Notes: a model not told the origin generated them from the letters alone. A stretch of DNA of 35,286 nt from an uncultured Akkermansia sp. (GCA_964383345.1 CAYLJC010000001.1:5255-40540), one strand, 5' to 3'; positions 1 to 9,766 are shown, numbered from the stretch's first letter. Translations and numbers: made by a program.

Positions 1-1
1 C

Positions 2-1288
2 GGGGAAGATCGCGCGGAGCGCGTCGTCGCTCAGGTCTGCAACGATCAGGACGAGGGCGTCTTCCGTCGTCACGTAGAAGCCCGTGATCTCGTCGAGGGA
101 GGCGTCACCATCGTTGATGCGATCTGTAGCATCGGCGAGGAAGTCCTCGGGCTTGACGGGATTGACTTTCACTTTCTTGCCGGCACCATCGGTTTCGCCG
201 TAGACCGTTCCCCCCTTGATACCGCCACCGGCGAGCACGCAGGAGTAGGCGGCGGGATAGTGGTCGCGGCCGGAGTTGATGTTGATGTCGGGGGTGCGTC
301 CGAATTCGGTGCCAATGGCCACGAGGGTGGATTCGAGCAGCCCGCGGGACTCGAGGTCTTTGAGCAGGGTCGCGACAGCGACGTCGAGTTCGGGGATGCG
401 GGTGGCGGTGCCGCCGGACACATCGAGGTGCATGTCCCAGCCGCCCGACACCACTTCGACCACCCGGACACCGTTCTCGACGAGCCTGCGGGCGAGGAGA
501 CAGCCCTGGCCGAGACGGTTTTCGCCGTATTCGGCACGGTTGGATTCGTTGGAAATATCAAAGGCGTTCAGGGCGTCGCTCTTGAGGAGCCGGTTGGCCT
601 GATGGTAATATTCCACGTAGGATTTGGGACCGGTGTATTTGAACTTGTCGACAAACTGCTGTCCGAGCTTCTGCGCCATCTCCATGCGGCGGTCGAAGCG
701 TTCCCCCTCGACGATGAGACTGGTGTTGGGGACCCCGCCGCTGGGATCGGCGATGGGGAGCGGGCTGAGGGAGGGATCCATGAACCCGGCGTTGGAAGTG
801 CTCTGCCCGATGAGGACGCTGTCCGGGAGGATTTCCCCGCGCTTGCCCAGAAGGGTCTGCACCCAGGGACCGACGGTGGGGTGGACGATGGTCGAGCGCA
901 TCTCGTAGCCGGTCCGCATGATGTATTCCCCCTGCTCGTGCGCGCCGTTGGTGGACGACATCGAGTTGATGACGGCGAGCTTGTCCGCCTGCTTGGAGAG
1001 TTCCTTGAGGTGCATCCCGAACTTCATGTTGTCGACGTTGGTGTCGATCATTTCGGTATCCCCCATGACACTGCTGTTTTTCTTCGGGTCGAAGGTGTCG
1101 AGGTGTGTCATGCCCCCGGCGAGATAGATGTAGATGAGGTTTTTGGCCTTGGCTCCATCCTGCGCCTGGAAGGCGCGGGGGAGGAAGGGCACGCCGACGC
1201 TGAGCCCGAGACTCAGTTTGGCGGTCATTTCCATAAAGTAGCGGCGGCTGAGCGGATCTTTTCCGGCGAGTTCGGCGATATGGTTCAT
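2..1288 (-). CDS. DUF1501 domain protein (3' end runs off window)
   Basis: Not in the ORF track because there is no stop in the window. Manual translation from ATG 1288: MNHIAELAGKDPLSRRYFM (Tat-like RR) ... IYIYLAGGMTHLDTFDPK ... TEFGRTPDIN..GRDHYP..LAGGGIKGGTVYGETD. Lies downstream of a DUF1549/1553 gene, the usual arrangement. Confidence 0.9.
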   Translation of the reverse strand, partial: MNHIAELAGKDPLSRRYFMEMTAKLSLGLSVGVPFLPRAFQAQDGAKAKNLIYIYLAGGMTHLDTFDPKKNSSVMGDTEMIDTNVDNMKFGMHLKELSKQADKLAVINSMSSTNGAHEQGEYIMRTGYEMRSTIVHPTVGPWVQTLLGKRGEILPDSVLIGQSTSNAGFMDPSLSPLPIADPSGGVPNTSLIVEGERFDRRMEMAQKLGQQFVDKFKYTGPKSYVEYYHQANRLLKSDALNAFDISNESNRAEYGENRLGQGCLLARRLVENGVRVVEVVSGGWDMHLDVSGGTATRIPELDVAVATLLKDLESRGLLESTLVAIGTEFGRTPDININSGRDHYPAAYSCVLAGGGIKGGTVYGETDGAGKKVKVNPVKPEDFLADATDRINDGDASLDEITGFYVTTEDALVLIVADLSDDALRAIFP

Positions 1289-1337
1289 GAGAGGAATGGG
1301 GAAAGAGTAGGAAGGCAAGGCAAGGAAAAGAGAGGAA

Positions 1338-3410
1338 TTATTGAATGAAGAGAAATTCGGGGCTGTTCATGAGGGCCCAGGCGAGATCGCTGATGCCTTC
1401 GTCGCCGAAGTCTTCGATCATCCCGGTGCCGAGATCGAGTTCCTCCGAGGTGGGGAAGCGGTTCAGCAGGGTGAAAAAGACGCCGCGGACCTTGTCGTCG
1501 GGACCGTCGAGGGCTTCGAGATCGGAAACGATTTTCGAGGAGAGGCCGGTGAGCTGCTCGGTCACCGTGCCGTTCATCAGGGCGAGCACCTGGGGCACGG
1601 AGCCGTCGTAGTTGTGGGCGTCGGTGATACGGCGGTCGGACTGCCCGAAGGTGTCGAGGAGGGAGGCTCCCGGCGCGGGTTGAGGCAGTTCGGAGGCGCG
1701 CAGTTCCGTGTCGTTCATAAAAATGGGGGAATAATCGTCGCCGGATTCGGAAACCATCGCCATGGCGCCACGCGCTCCCCGGAGATTTTTCCACATCTCA
1801 TAGTGACGCCAGACCTCGTCGTGGCTCGCGGTGTTGAAATCGATATTGAGCATTTTCTGGTAAAAGGATCCGTCGCCGCCGGTTTTTTGGTCGATCTCGG
1901 GACCATGGGCCAGCAGCATCATGGAGTCCCAGGCCTGTTCCGCCCGCATCCGGCGAAGGATGGGGCCGGGGAAATAATAGGCCTTGGTGAGATCGGGTTC
2001 TTCCATCGAAGCGATCGACTGGTAGGCACGGGTGTTGTAGAGGATGCGCATGAACTCGCGCAGATCGTAATTGACGCGGCGCATCTCCCTCTCGAGGTGC
2101 TTGAGCACTTCGGGTTGCGCAGCGCGCTGGATCTGATCGTTGCTGAAATCATTGACCGGTTCGATGATCGCCTGTCCGAAGGCGCGACCCCACATGCGGT
2201 TCGCGATGACGAGGGCGAAGCGGGGGTTCTCCGGCGCGGTGAGCCATTCGGCGATCGCCTCGCGACGGGTTTGCCCGCCCATTTTGGCGGCATCCCCGAT
2301 AATGGTGCGGGGCTTTGCGACCTCATTCGGTTTTCCACCCTGACCGATGAAGTCGTGGGGAAGAATGGTCTCCATATTTTCGTTGTCGGCCACATTCCAG
2401 CCGAGCGCGGAGACAAAAAACTTGAACTGGTTGTCCTGGTTGCCCTCGAGGACGATGCCTTTGTTGCTCACCGCCCAGGAGTAAAAACTGTCCCTCCATC
2501 CGGCGGGGGCATTGGGCATTTCGACTTTTCCGCCGCCCATCATGCTGCTGGAGGCGCGGTAGCCGAGCGAGCGCTGGGTGTTGCCGAAAAAGGCGGCCAT
2601 CTCGTAGAAATCCCCCTGGGTCCATTCGTCGAAGGGGTGGTCGTGACACTGGGCACAGGAGATGTCGATGCCGAGCATGGTCTGGCCGAAGTTGGAGAAC
2701 GCGTCGAACTCCATCCCGGTGTCGCGCAGGAGAAAGCCGGAGGCGGGATTCTGGCCGACGTTCCCGGTCGCGGTGAGCATCGCGGTGATGATTTCATGGT
2801 AGGGGGTGTTGGCCTCGAGTTGCTCCCGCCACCAGTTCACGTAGGGATCCATGCGAACGCCGTTGTTGAAGTCGCTGCCGTGGATGCGGAACATGTCGGC
2901 GAAGTAGTTGAACAGGTGCGAGGCGAACCCCGGAGAGAGGAGGAGTTCGTCGATGAGGGCTTCGCGTTTGTCGGGGCGGGCATTTTCGGCGAAGGCGAGG
3001 AATTCTTCCCGCGTCGGGATGCGGCCGATGATGTCGAGATAGACGCGGCGCACGAAGAGATCGTCGGGAAGGGGATCGTTGAAGGAATTGAATCCGTTTT
3101 TCTTGAGGGTCCCGGCGAGGAGCGTGTCGATCTGGCGCGCCGAGGCCTTGGTGTAGCTGTCGTCGCCAATCTTGGCGAGGCGTTCGGCGGCTTCCTGGTC
3201 CGCCTTGATGAAACGTTCCTTGGCCACGAGAATTTCATTTCCGTCCCGCAGTTTGAACTTCAGGTTTTCCCCCTCGATGCCGAGGAAGATGGCCTGAAGT
3301 GATTTTCCGTCGGTGCTGGTCCAGGTCCTCGCCTGGGCGGAGGAGAGGAGACACGAGACGACGGCTGCGAGCAGGCCGCCGAGGGAGAAAAGGGAGCTAC
3401 GGTATTTCAT
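1338..3410 (-). CDS. DUF1549/DUF1553 (PSCyt2/PSD1) protein with N-terminal SHD1-like domain
   Basis: Signal peptide; RTWTSTDGKSLQA (SHD1-like); FVRRVYLDIIGRIPT; CAQCHDHPF; NRMWGRAFG; C-terminal WALMNSPEF. Confidence 0.92.
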   Translation of the reverse strand: MKYRSSLFSLGGLLAAVVSCLLSSAQARTWTSTDGKSLQAIFLGIEGENLKFKLRDGNEILVAKERFIKADQEAAERLAKIGDDSYTKASARQIDTLLAGTLKKNGFNSFNDPLPDDLFVRRVYLDIIGRIPTREEFLAFAENARPDKREALIDELLLSPGFASHLFNYFADMFRIHGSDFNNGVRMDPYVNWWREQLEANTPYHEIITAMLTATGNVGQNPASGFLLRDTGMEFDAFSNFGQTMLGIDISCAQCHDHPFDEWTQGDFYEMAAFFGNTQRSLGYRASSSMMGGGKVEMPNAPAGWRDSFYSWAVSNKGIVLEGNQDNQFKFFVSALGWNVADNENMETILPHDFIGQGGKPNEVAKPRTIIGDAAKMGGQTRREAIAEWLTAPENPRFALVIANRMWGRAFGQAIIEPVNDFSNDQIQRAAQPEVLKHLEREMRRVNYDLREFMRILYNTRAYQSIASMEEPDLTKAYYFPGPILRRMRAEQAWDSMMLLAHGPEIDQKTGGDGSFYQKMLNIDFNTASHDEVWRHYEMWKNLRGARGAMAMVSESGDDYSPIFMNDTELRASELPQPAPGASLLDTFGQSDRRITDAHNYDGSVPQVLALMNGTVTEQLTGLSSKIVSDLEALDGPDDKVRGVFFTLLNRFPTSEELDLGTGMIEDFGDEGISDLAWALMNSPEFLFIQ

Positions 3411-3470
3411 GGAAGGAAAGGGAACAAGATCCTTTCCCTTGCATATCGGATCGGGGCGGTTTCGTCACGA

Positions 3471-4430
3471 CTATTTTTCAGAAATTTCGGCCGACGGAAA
3501 CACCTGGTGATAATAGAGCAGATGGGTATCGACCTGCTCGCGATCCGGGAGGGAGCTCTGGGCACCGACCCCGAGGGTGGCGAGTGCTCCGGCGCAGTTC
3601 GCCGCGCAGAGAGCGGCGGTGAGAGTGGCACCCGCGGCGAGCCGGGCGGCGAAACATCCGGCGAAGGCGTCTCCGGCCCCAACCGTGTCGACCGGCAGCA
3701 CGGGCAGGGTGGGGATGGCGAGGGGATCGCCCTCGCGCCGGAAGACGAGGGTGTCGTCCGCTCCCCGTGTGACGATGAGATGGGCGATCCGTAGTTGGTG
3801 CATCATGTCGCGAACGAATGGCGCTTCCGATGATACGGCGGGAAAACCGAGGAGTTCGTGGGCTTCGCTTTCGTTGACGATGGCGTAGTCCGTTTGGAAT
3901 TGTTCCCAGGGAAAGGCGGGATTGACGGGCGACGGATTGATCACCACGGGAACGTCGGCCCGGTTGGCGATGAGTGCCGCCGCGACGAGCGCTTCGGGGG
4001 GGACTTCCAACTGCCCCAGCAGAACTCCGCCGGCCTCGATCACCTTGCGGTGCCGGGTGATGTATGTTTCGGAAAGGGTGAGGTTGGCACCGGGGGCGAT
4101 CACGATGGTGTTTTCCCCCGCGCCATCCACGGTGATAAAGGCGCATCCGGTGGGAGCCTCGGCGGTCTGCAGGTGGGTGAGGTCGATGCCGGCTGCCTCG
4201 AGCTCGGCGCGATAGGCGACGCCCTCCCGATCCGCGCCGACCGCCCCGAAGAGGACCGCTTTGCTTCCCTGGCGGGCCACCGCGAGAGCCTGGTTGGCTC
4301 CTTTCCCGCCGCGAAAGAGATCCAAACGCTCCGTCGCGAGCGTCTCGCCGGGCAGGGGTAGATGTTCGACACGGGTGACGTAATCGATATTGAGCGATCC
4401 GATGATGATGGCCTGCTTGGCTTCTGGCAT
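3471..4430 (-). CDS. rbsK: Ribokinase (PfkB family)
   Basis: GSLNID, GGKGANQA, NESEA and DTVGAGDAF motifs. Confidence 0.9.
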   Translation of the reverse strand: MPEAKQAIIIGSLNIDYVTRVEHLPLPGETLATERLDLFRGGKGANQALAVARQGSKAVLFGAVGADREGVAYRAELEAAGIDLTHLQTAEAPTGCAFITVDGAGENTIVIAPGANLTLSETYITRHRKVIEAGGVLLGQLEVPPEALVAAALIANRADVPVVINPSPVNPAFPWEQFQTDYAIVNESEAHELLGFPAVSSEAPFVRDMMHQLRIAHLIVTRGADDTLVFRREGDPLAIPTLPVLPVDTVGAGDAFAGCFAARLAAGATLTAALCAANCAGALATLGVGAQSSLPDREQVDTHLLYYHQVFPSAEISEK

Positions 4431-4460
4431 GACGGGAAAAGAGGGGTGGTCAACTGGCGG

Positions 4461-4802
4461 TCAAACGGTCGGGAGGGATTGTTTGTTCCCCTCGTGATCC
4501 ACCCGCACGAGGGTGACTTCATTGGAAAAAATCTCTTCGGCATCGCGAAACACGGAAATGCCGTAGGTGGCCGAGGTGTTCCCGGTGCGGAGCCGGACCG
4601 CTTCGAATCGCAGGATCGCCCCCTGGCGGACACTCCGGCGGAACACCACGCGGTTCATCGCCACGGTTACGAGCTGGCAGCCGGGGAAATCCCTCGTCGC
4701 CGCCATCCAGGCCAGTTCATCGACCCAGGCGAGCAGATAGCCGCCGAAGAGGAACCCGTATTGGTTCATGTGTTCGGGGAGGACGAGGCGATGATTTTCC
4801 AT
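4461..4802 (-). CDS. Acyl-CoA thioesterase (hotdog fold, YciA-like)
   Basis: MENHRLVLPEHMNQYGFLFGGYLLAWVDE motif; start chosen at ATG 4802. Confidence 0.88.
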   Translation of the reverse strand: MENHRLVLPEHMNQYGFLFGGYLLAWVDELAWMAATRDFPGCQLVTVAMNRVVFRRSVRQGAILRFEAVRLRTGNTSATYGISVFRDAEEIFSNEVTLVRVDHEGNKQSLPTV

Positions 4803-4976
4803 GCGTTTACCATGGCCGTTGCCGAGGCGTTTTGCCACCGATTTCGCGGGGGAACCGGGTTCGCCCCGCGTCTCCGGTTTCCGTTGTCCGTGGCTTCTTT
4901 GTCATTTCCGAGCGAACGATTTGCATGTACAATGACCGCATCCGTCTTACCGGAACGGATCGCCTCCTTCTTTTCC

Positions 4977-5738
4977 ATGATGATCAAAAACTCTCTTGCC
5001 GTCGCCACCCTTTTCCTGACGGGGCTGCTGTGCCCCGCCTTTTCGCAGGAGGACACGGGCGAGACCCCGCCGACTTCCGAACCGTCTTCTTTCGCCGGAA
5101 AATCCATCGACGAGATGACGCCGGACGAAGTGCTGCGCCTCGTCCGCTACAGCTACACGCTCTACAACCGCGATTTCACCGGAGTCCTCCAAATGGGGAT
5201 CGCCAAAAGGGTGCCCTTTCTCCTTTCGCTCAAACCCGAGGCGATCCGCTTCATTTTCGACGATCCCGCCCAGATCATCTACGTGGACACGAGAAATCAG
5301 AAGTTCGCGCTTCTCGAAGGGATCGGAGGAAAGGAAATGACCCCCGTCAGCCCGTCGAAATACGGCGAAACGATTCGGGGGACGGATATCACCTACGACG
5401 ATCTCTCGATGCGTTTCCTCTATTGGCCCAACGCGAAAATCGTGCGGCAGGAGAGGATCAAAGCTCGCGACTGCGTGGTCGTCCGGGTGCGCAATCCCGA
5501 CGGATCGGGCGCGTATGCGACCGTCGATATCTGGATCGACAAGCAGAGCGGCGGGATGCTCAAGATGATGGGCTACAACCTCGAGGGCCGACCGATCCGC
5601 CGTTTTGAAGTGCTCCACGGCAAAAAGTTCGGCGATGTCTGGATGGTCGATGAAATGCGAGTGGAGACCATCAACCCCGCCAGCGGAGGCAAAATCGAGT
5701 CGAGCACCCGCATGCGCATCCAATCGACCGCCAACTGA
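4977..5738 (+). CDS. Outer-membrane lipoprotein-sorting (LolA-like) family protein
   Basis: Signal peptide MMIKNSLAVATLFLTGLLCPAFSQ; RGTDITYDDL motif; WIDK; beta-rich C-terminus. The ORF-track extension from 4362 overlaps other genes. Confidence 0.72.
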   Translation: MMIKNSLAVATLFLTGLLCPAFSQEDTGETPPTSEPSSFAGKSIDEMTPDEVLRLVRYSYTLYNRDFTGVLQMGIAKRVPFLLSLKPEAIRFIFDDPAQIIYVDTRNQKFALLEGIGGKEMTPVSPSKYGETIRGTDITYDDLSMRFLYWPNAKIVRQERIKARDCVVVRVRNPDGSGAYATVDIWIDKQSGGMLKMMGYNLEGRPIRRFEVLHGKKFGDVWMVDEMRVETINPASGGKIESSTRMRIQSTAN

Positions 5739-5901
5739 GCCCCCCGTCTTCCCTCATGACGATGATCGACGGTTGGGCCTAGGCCACGGGCAAGGTTTCC
5801 ATCGTTGTGTCGTTTGGTGAATTCTCCTCTCAGACAGTGAAGCGGGCGCCGGATTGGAATTGCCCCTGTCTACCCTCATTCTGAGCTGAAACAAAAAAGG
5901 G

Positions 5902-6420
5902 TTACGTTTCTTCGCTTCGATTCCGGAACCTCTCAATCCCGCTCTCCGCGACGCTGCGCACGACGCGTTCGTCGAGAATTAGATGACGCTTTTTGGCGCG
6001 GCGGATGAGTTTTGCGGCGGCGGAGGGATCGTCGAAGATTTCGTGGAGCAACCAGATCGCCTTTTCGTAGGCCTCGACCTCGTCGGGATGGTGTTTGAGA
6101 ATTTTGCGGTATTCGGCGAGGGCCTCGTCGTAGCGGCCCTGGTTGAGGAGGTAGGCGGGGAGTTTCAGATTCAGGAGGGGTTTGTCCAGTTTGCCTCCGG
6201 GAAAAAAAAGAGCGTCCACCATTCGCATGAGCGGGCGGGTCGCGAGGTGGAAAATCGTTTTCCAGAGGAAGGCGAAGCCGAGGAGGAAGAGTCCGGCCCC
6301 GCCGACGACCCGTAACAGGTTACCGCTCTCGTAGCCTTCCGTGGCGGAATGGTAGGCGAGGCCGAGGAGTCCGATTCCGAAGAGCCAGCGAATCAGGGTG
6401 CCTTGGTGGTCGCGCAGCAT
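5902..6420 (-). CDS. Membrane protein with C-terminal TPR
   Basis: True start probably MLRDHQGTLIRW (6420); two hydrophobic helices then TPR-like GRYDEALAEYRKILKHHPDEVEAY. Confidence 0.75.
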   Translation of the reverse strand: MLRDHQGTLIRWLFGIGLLGLAYHSATEGYESGNLLRVVGGAGLFLLGFAFLWKTIFHLATRPLMRMVDALFFPGGKLDKPLLNLKLPAYLLNQGRYDEALAEYRKILKHHPDEVEAYEKAIWLLHEIFDDPSAAAKLIRRAKKRHLILDERVVRSVAESGIERFRNRSEET

Positions 6421-6522
6421 TTCCCGAATCTTAAGAGGCGGTTGCCCTTCGGAAAAGGAAAATTTCCCGGCCTTTACAAGCCACCTGGTGACGGCTTTGC
6501 TGCGGGCCGATTCCCTTCTTGA

Positions 6523-7824
6523 ATGTCCCTCGATCCGATGCTCCCACCCGAATATGATTTTGTCGCCGTTGGCGGCGGCGCGGCCGGTTTTTTCGGCGCG
6601 ATCGCCTTCGCGGCCCGGGTTCCCGGAGCGCGGGTCGGCATCCTCGAGAAAACTTCGACGGTGCTCGGGAAGGTGAAAATCTCTGGGGGAGGGCGCTGCA
6701 ATGTGACACACGCCTGTTTCGACGCGAAGCGGCTCACGAGCCATTATCCGCGGGGCGGACGCAATCTCATCGGGCCGTTTCATCGCTTCGGTCCGCGGGA
6801 GACGATGGAGTGGTTCGAAGAGCGGGGTGTCGTGCTCAAGACGGAGAGCGACGGACGTGTTTTTCCCGTCACCGATGATTCGCAGACGGTCATCGACTGT
6901 CTCCTCACCGCGACCCGTCGGCACGGCGTGGAGGTGCGCCACCACAGCGAGGTGGAGGCTCTGCGGCAGGGCGAGGGGCGCTGGTTGCTCGATTTGGGGG
7001 ACGGCACGACGGTCTCGAGCCGACGGGTCCTGCTGGCCACGGGCGGGACGAGGAACAACGCGGGGGTCCGCCTCGCGGGGCGTCTCGGCCACGAGATGGC
7101 CCCGGCGGTGCCTTCGCTGTTCACTTTCAAGATTCCCGACCGTCGCCTCGAGGGGCTCTCGGGGATCGCGGTGGAGAATGTGGTGGTCTCTCTCGAAGGA
7201 AGCAAGCTCCGGAGCGAGGGGCCGTGCCTCATCACTCACTGGGGATTGAGCGGTCCGGCGGTCCTGAAACTCTCCGCCTGGTGCGCCCGCGAACTCGCGG
7301 AAAGAGACTATCGTTTTGACATTCGGATCCATTGGGGTGGAGCGATCCCGCCGGAAAGGCTGGAGACGATGCTGGTGGAGGCGAGGGAAAGCGCTCCGAA
7401 GCGGCTGGTGCGCAACGGGCTGCCGGGTTTGTCGGGATCGGCATTGCCCGCCCGGCTCTGGCAGCGCCTCGTCGAAGCGGCCGGTATTCCCGCGGGAGTT
7501 ACCTGGTCGAATCTCACGCGCGACGCGCGGCAACGCCTCGCGGCCGAGCTGACCGCCGGGCGTTTCCAGGTGTGCGGGCAGAGTCTCAACAAGGATGAGT
7601 TCGTCACCGCCGGAGGAGTGGCGCTGAAGGAGATCGATTTCAAGACGATGGAAAGCCGCCGCTGCCCTGGGCTCTATTGCGCCGGCGAGGTGATGGACAT
7701 CGACGGGGTCACGGGCGGTTTTAATTTTCAATCGGCCTGGACCACGGGCTGGATCGCCGGAGAGTCGGCCGCAGCGGCGGCGACGGCGGAATCGGAATCG
7801 GAAGAAGTGCTGAAACATGAGTGA
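6523..7824 (+). CDS. HI0933/YhiN family flavoprotein (NAD(P)/FAD oxidoreductase)
   Basis: GGGAAG, KVKISGGGRCNVT, GRVFP, LITHWGLSGPAVL, FVTAGGV, GEVMDIDGVTGGFNFQSAW. Confidence 0.93.
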   Translation: MSLDPMLPPEYDFVAVGGGAAGFFGAIAFAARVPGARVGILEKTSTVLGKVKISGGGRCNVTHACFDAKRLTSHYPRGGRNLIGPFHRFGPRETMEWFEERGVVLKTESDGRVFPVTDDSQTVIDCLLTATRRHGVEVRHHSEVEALRQGEGRWLLDLGDGTTVSSRRVLLATGGTRNNAGVRLAGRLGHEMAPAVPSLFTFKIPDRRLEGLSGIAVENVVVSLEGSKLRSEGPCLITHWGLSGPAVLKLSAWCARELAERDYRFDIRIHWGGAIPPERLETMLVEARESAPKRLVRNGLPGLSGSALPARLWQRLVEAAGIPAGVTWSNLTRDARQRLAAELTAGRFQVCGQSLNKDEFVTAGGVALKEIDFKTMESRRCPGLYCAGEVMDIDGVTGGFNFQSAWTTGWIAGESAAAAATAESESEEVLKHE

Positions 7825-9211
7825 CGGACCACAAGCGGACCCGGATTCTCCTTTCTTCCCCGAGGGGGTGAGACGCATCCACGAGGAACTCCGGTGGGTC
7901 GAAGGCGAGTTGGCGGCGGGCGACACTCCCTCGCTCGCCTCGGCGCGGGAGCGTCTCGACGGGATGGAGCGGTGGCTGGACGACCATCGGGAAGATCCGG
8001 AGATCGGTGACTGGCAGGAACTCGCCTCGACCGTGGCCACCGCCCGCGGGCATCTGGAGCGGCTGCACTACCGGATCGAGGCGGCGGAGTCCGCCTATGC
8101 GGCGGCGCTGGCTCATCTGGAGAAGTCCTCTCTCGACGATCTCCGTATCGCGAGGCGGTCCGCCAATCTGCTGGTTTATCAGGGCCTGGCCAGGCTGTCG
8201 GGCAAAGACCCGGCGGATTGGAAAAAGGCGGCGGATCGGTTCGAGGAATCGATCCGGCTGCGCGAGGCGGATCCGGAACGTTCGGAGGCACTGCTCTGGG
8301 GACTGTCGGCGGCGTGGATGAACCGGGGAGAGGCTCTCTCCCGGTCCGGAGAGGGCGATGCGTTGGAGGAATCGATCCGCTGTCAGGAAAAGGCGCGGGC
8401 GATCCTGGCGGATTTCGACCTTACGGCCCGGACCGACTACCGCTCGCGGTTCGCCCTGTGCCATCTCAATATCGCGGCCGCCAAGGTGGAGTTGACCACC
8501 CGCCACGCCCGTCCCGGTCATGCCGACGCCCTGGCGCGCTACTCCCGCGCGGCGGAGATCCTGCGCGTGGCAGCCGGGGAGGGGAGCGAAGAGTCCAAGC
8601 GGGTTCTCGCGGTCGTCCTGACGAACTCCTCCAGGGCCCGCCTGTTGCTCGATGCGAACGACCTCGCCGCGAGCGAGGCGGAAGCGAGCGAGGCGCTGCG
8701 GTGGATGGATGGCTACGGAGCGGACGACTGGGAAATGGTGAATCTCGAACTGACCGCCCGCTGCACCCTCTGTCTCTGCCTGCACGCGAAGGGAACCGAG
8801 GGCGCCGCCGCCGCCGAAGCCGCGGCGGAGATCACCAATCTCGCCGAGGAGGGTTTGGAAAAGCTCGCCCGGCACCTGTCCGTCGGAGGCGTGCCGGAGC
8901 TCTTCGATCCCGTGGCGGGTCCGCTCTGTCGCTTCGCGGCGGAAGCCTACGCCCGGCACATGCCCCGGTTTCTGGAGGAATTTCTCCTCGAACACCTCGA
9001 TCCGGAGCGGGGTGCGGCGGGGCTGGAGCGTTCCGGTGCCTGCCACGAAGCGGCCGTCGAGACCTTGTGGGCGGCGCTGGGCCACCTGAAGCGGGGTGGT
9101 TTTTCAGACATCGGCACGGAGGCCTACGAGCGCCGGGTGGAGCGGGAGATCGAATGGGACCGCTGTCGCGTTCGGCTCGCGGAGGTGCGGGCGGCGTATT
9201 TTGAAATCTGA
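7817..9211 (+). CDS. TPR-like all-helical hypothetical protein
   Basis: 464 aa; overlaps the upstream gene by 8 nt; helical repeats such as AAWMNRGEALSR..LEESIRCQEKARAIL. Confidence 0.75.
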   Translation: MSDGPQADPDSPFFPEGVRRIHEELRWVEGELAAGDTPSLASARERLDGMERWLDDHREDPEIGDWQELASTVATARGHLERLHYRIEAAESAYAAALAHLEKSSLDDLRIARRSANLLVYQGLARLSGKDPADWKKAADRFEESIRLREADPERSEALLWGLSAAWMNRGEALSRSGEGDALEESIRCQEKARAILADFDLTARTDYRSRFALCHLNIAAAKVELTTRHARPGHADALARYSRAAEILRVAAGEGSEESKRVLAVVLTNSSRARLLLDANDLAASEAEASEALRWMDGYGADDWEMVNLELTARCTLCLCLHAKGTEGAAAAEAAAEITNLAEEGLEKLARHLSVGGVPELFDPVAGPLCRFAAEAYARHMPRFLEEFLLEHLDPERGAAGLERSGACHEAAVETLWAALGHLKRGGFSDIGTEAYERRVEREIEWDRCRVRLAEVRAAYFEI

Positions 9212-9214
9212 CCT

Positions 9215-9352
9215 TTTTGCCGCTCTCACCAGAGGCGTTTTCCTGGGCTTCCGCGCTGCCGACGGCGCAGGCTGCGGTCATGAGGGCGAGGCCTTCGGCC
9301 AATCCACGATGTTTCGCATCGCTGACGCAGCGGGCGGTGGGTTCTTTTTCAT
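9215..9352 (-). pseudogene. Possible frameshifted and truncated N-terminus of an exported protein
   Basis: ATG at 9352 is followed by an A5 run. Adding one A gives MKKEPTARCVSDAKHRGLAEGLALMTAACAVGSAEAQENASGESGKK, a signal-peptide-like sequence (AEA|QE) that runs into the end of the convergent TPR gene. Confidence 0.3.
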
Positions 9353-9766
9353 CCTACTTGGGTGTTATCTTTTGTAAAAAAAACTTTGCCAACACATGGC
9401 CAAGTGGTTAGATTCCCCGGTCTTTCGCGGAGGGTCGTGTGGTGGAAGATCCCGTTGAGGTCACGGAAACCGGCGTGGTGGAAATGTCTTCGGGCCGGAA
9501 AGGAGGCGCGACAAATTTTGTGCGGAACGGGGCGGCCCGGTGCGGTTGGCGAAGCCAAGGTGCCGGGCCGTTTTGTGTCTGCGCAAGGGTGTCGCCCCGG
9601 CGGCGGGAGCGTCTCCGATTTCGCGGACCCCGATCCCGTGATTGGCGGGATCGACGTGATTGGCGAAATTTTGGTGTCTTTCGCGAAAAAAAGCCGGAAT
9701 GTTGCATAAGGCTCGGTGGAACTACGTCGGTAAGATAGAAAGTGTCTCCCTTACCCCGCATCACGC

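Noticed and set aside
260-3302. Long plus-strand ORFs 260..1348 and 1341..3302
   Set aside because: Antisense shadows of the DUF1501 and DUF1549/1553 genes, typical of high-GC codon bias; no motifs.
5902-8040. 712-aa minus-strand ORF as a single protein
   Set aside because: Only the last 172 aa look real; the rest is antisense to the HI0933 flavoprotein.
9360-9760. Cobalamin or other known riboswitch; ORFs 9408..9764, 9362..9709, 9439..9738
   Set aside because: No B12-box or other conserved riboswitch core recognised; the ORFs are mutually overlapping with unconvincing composition.
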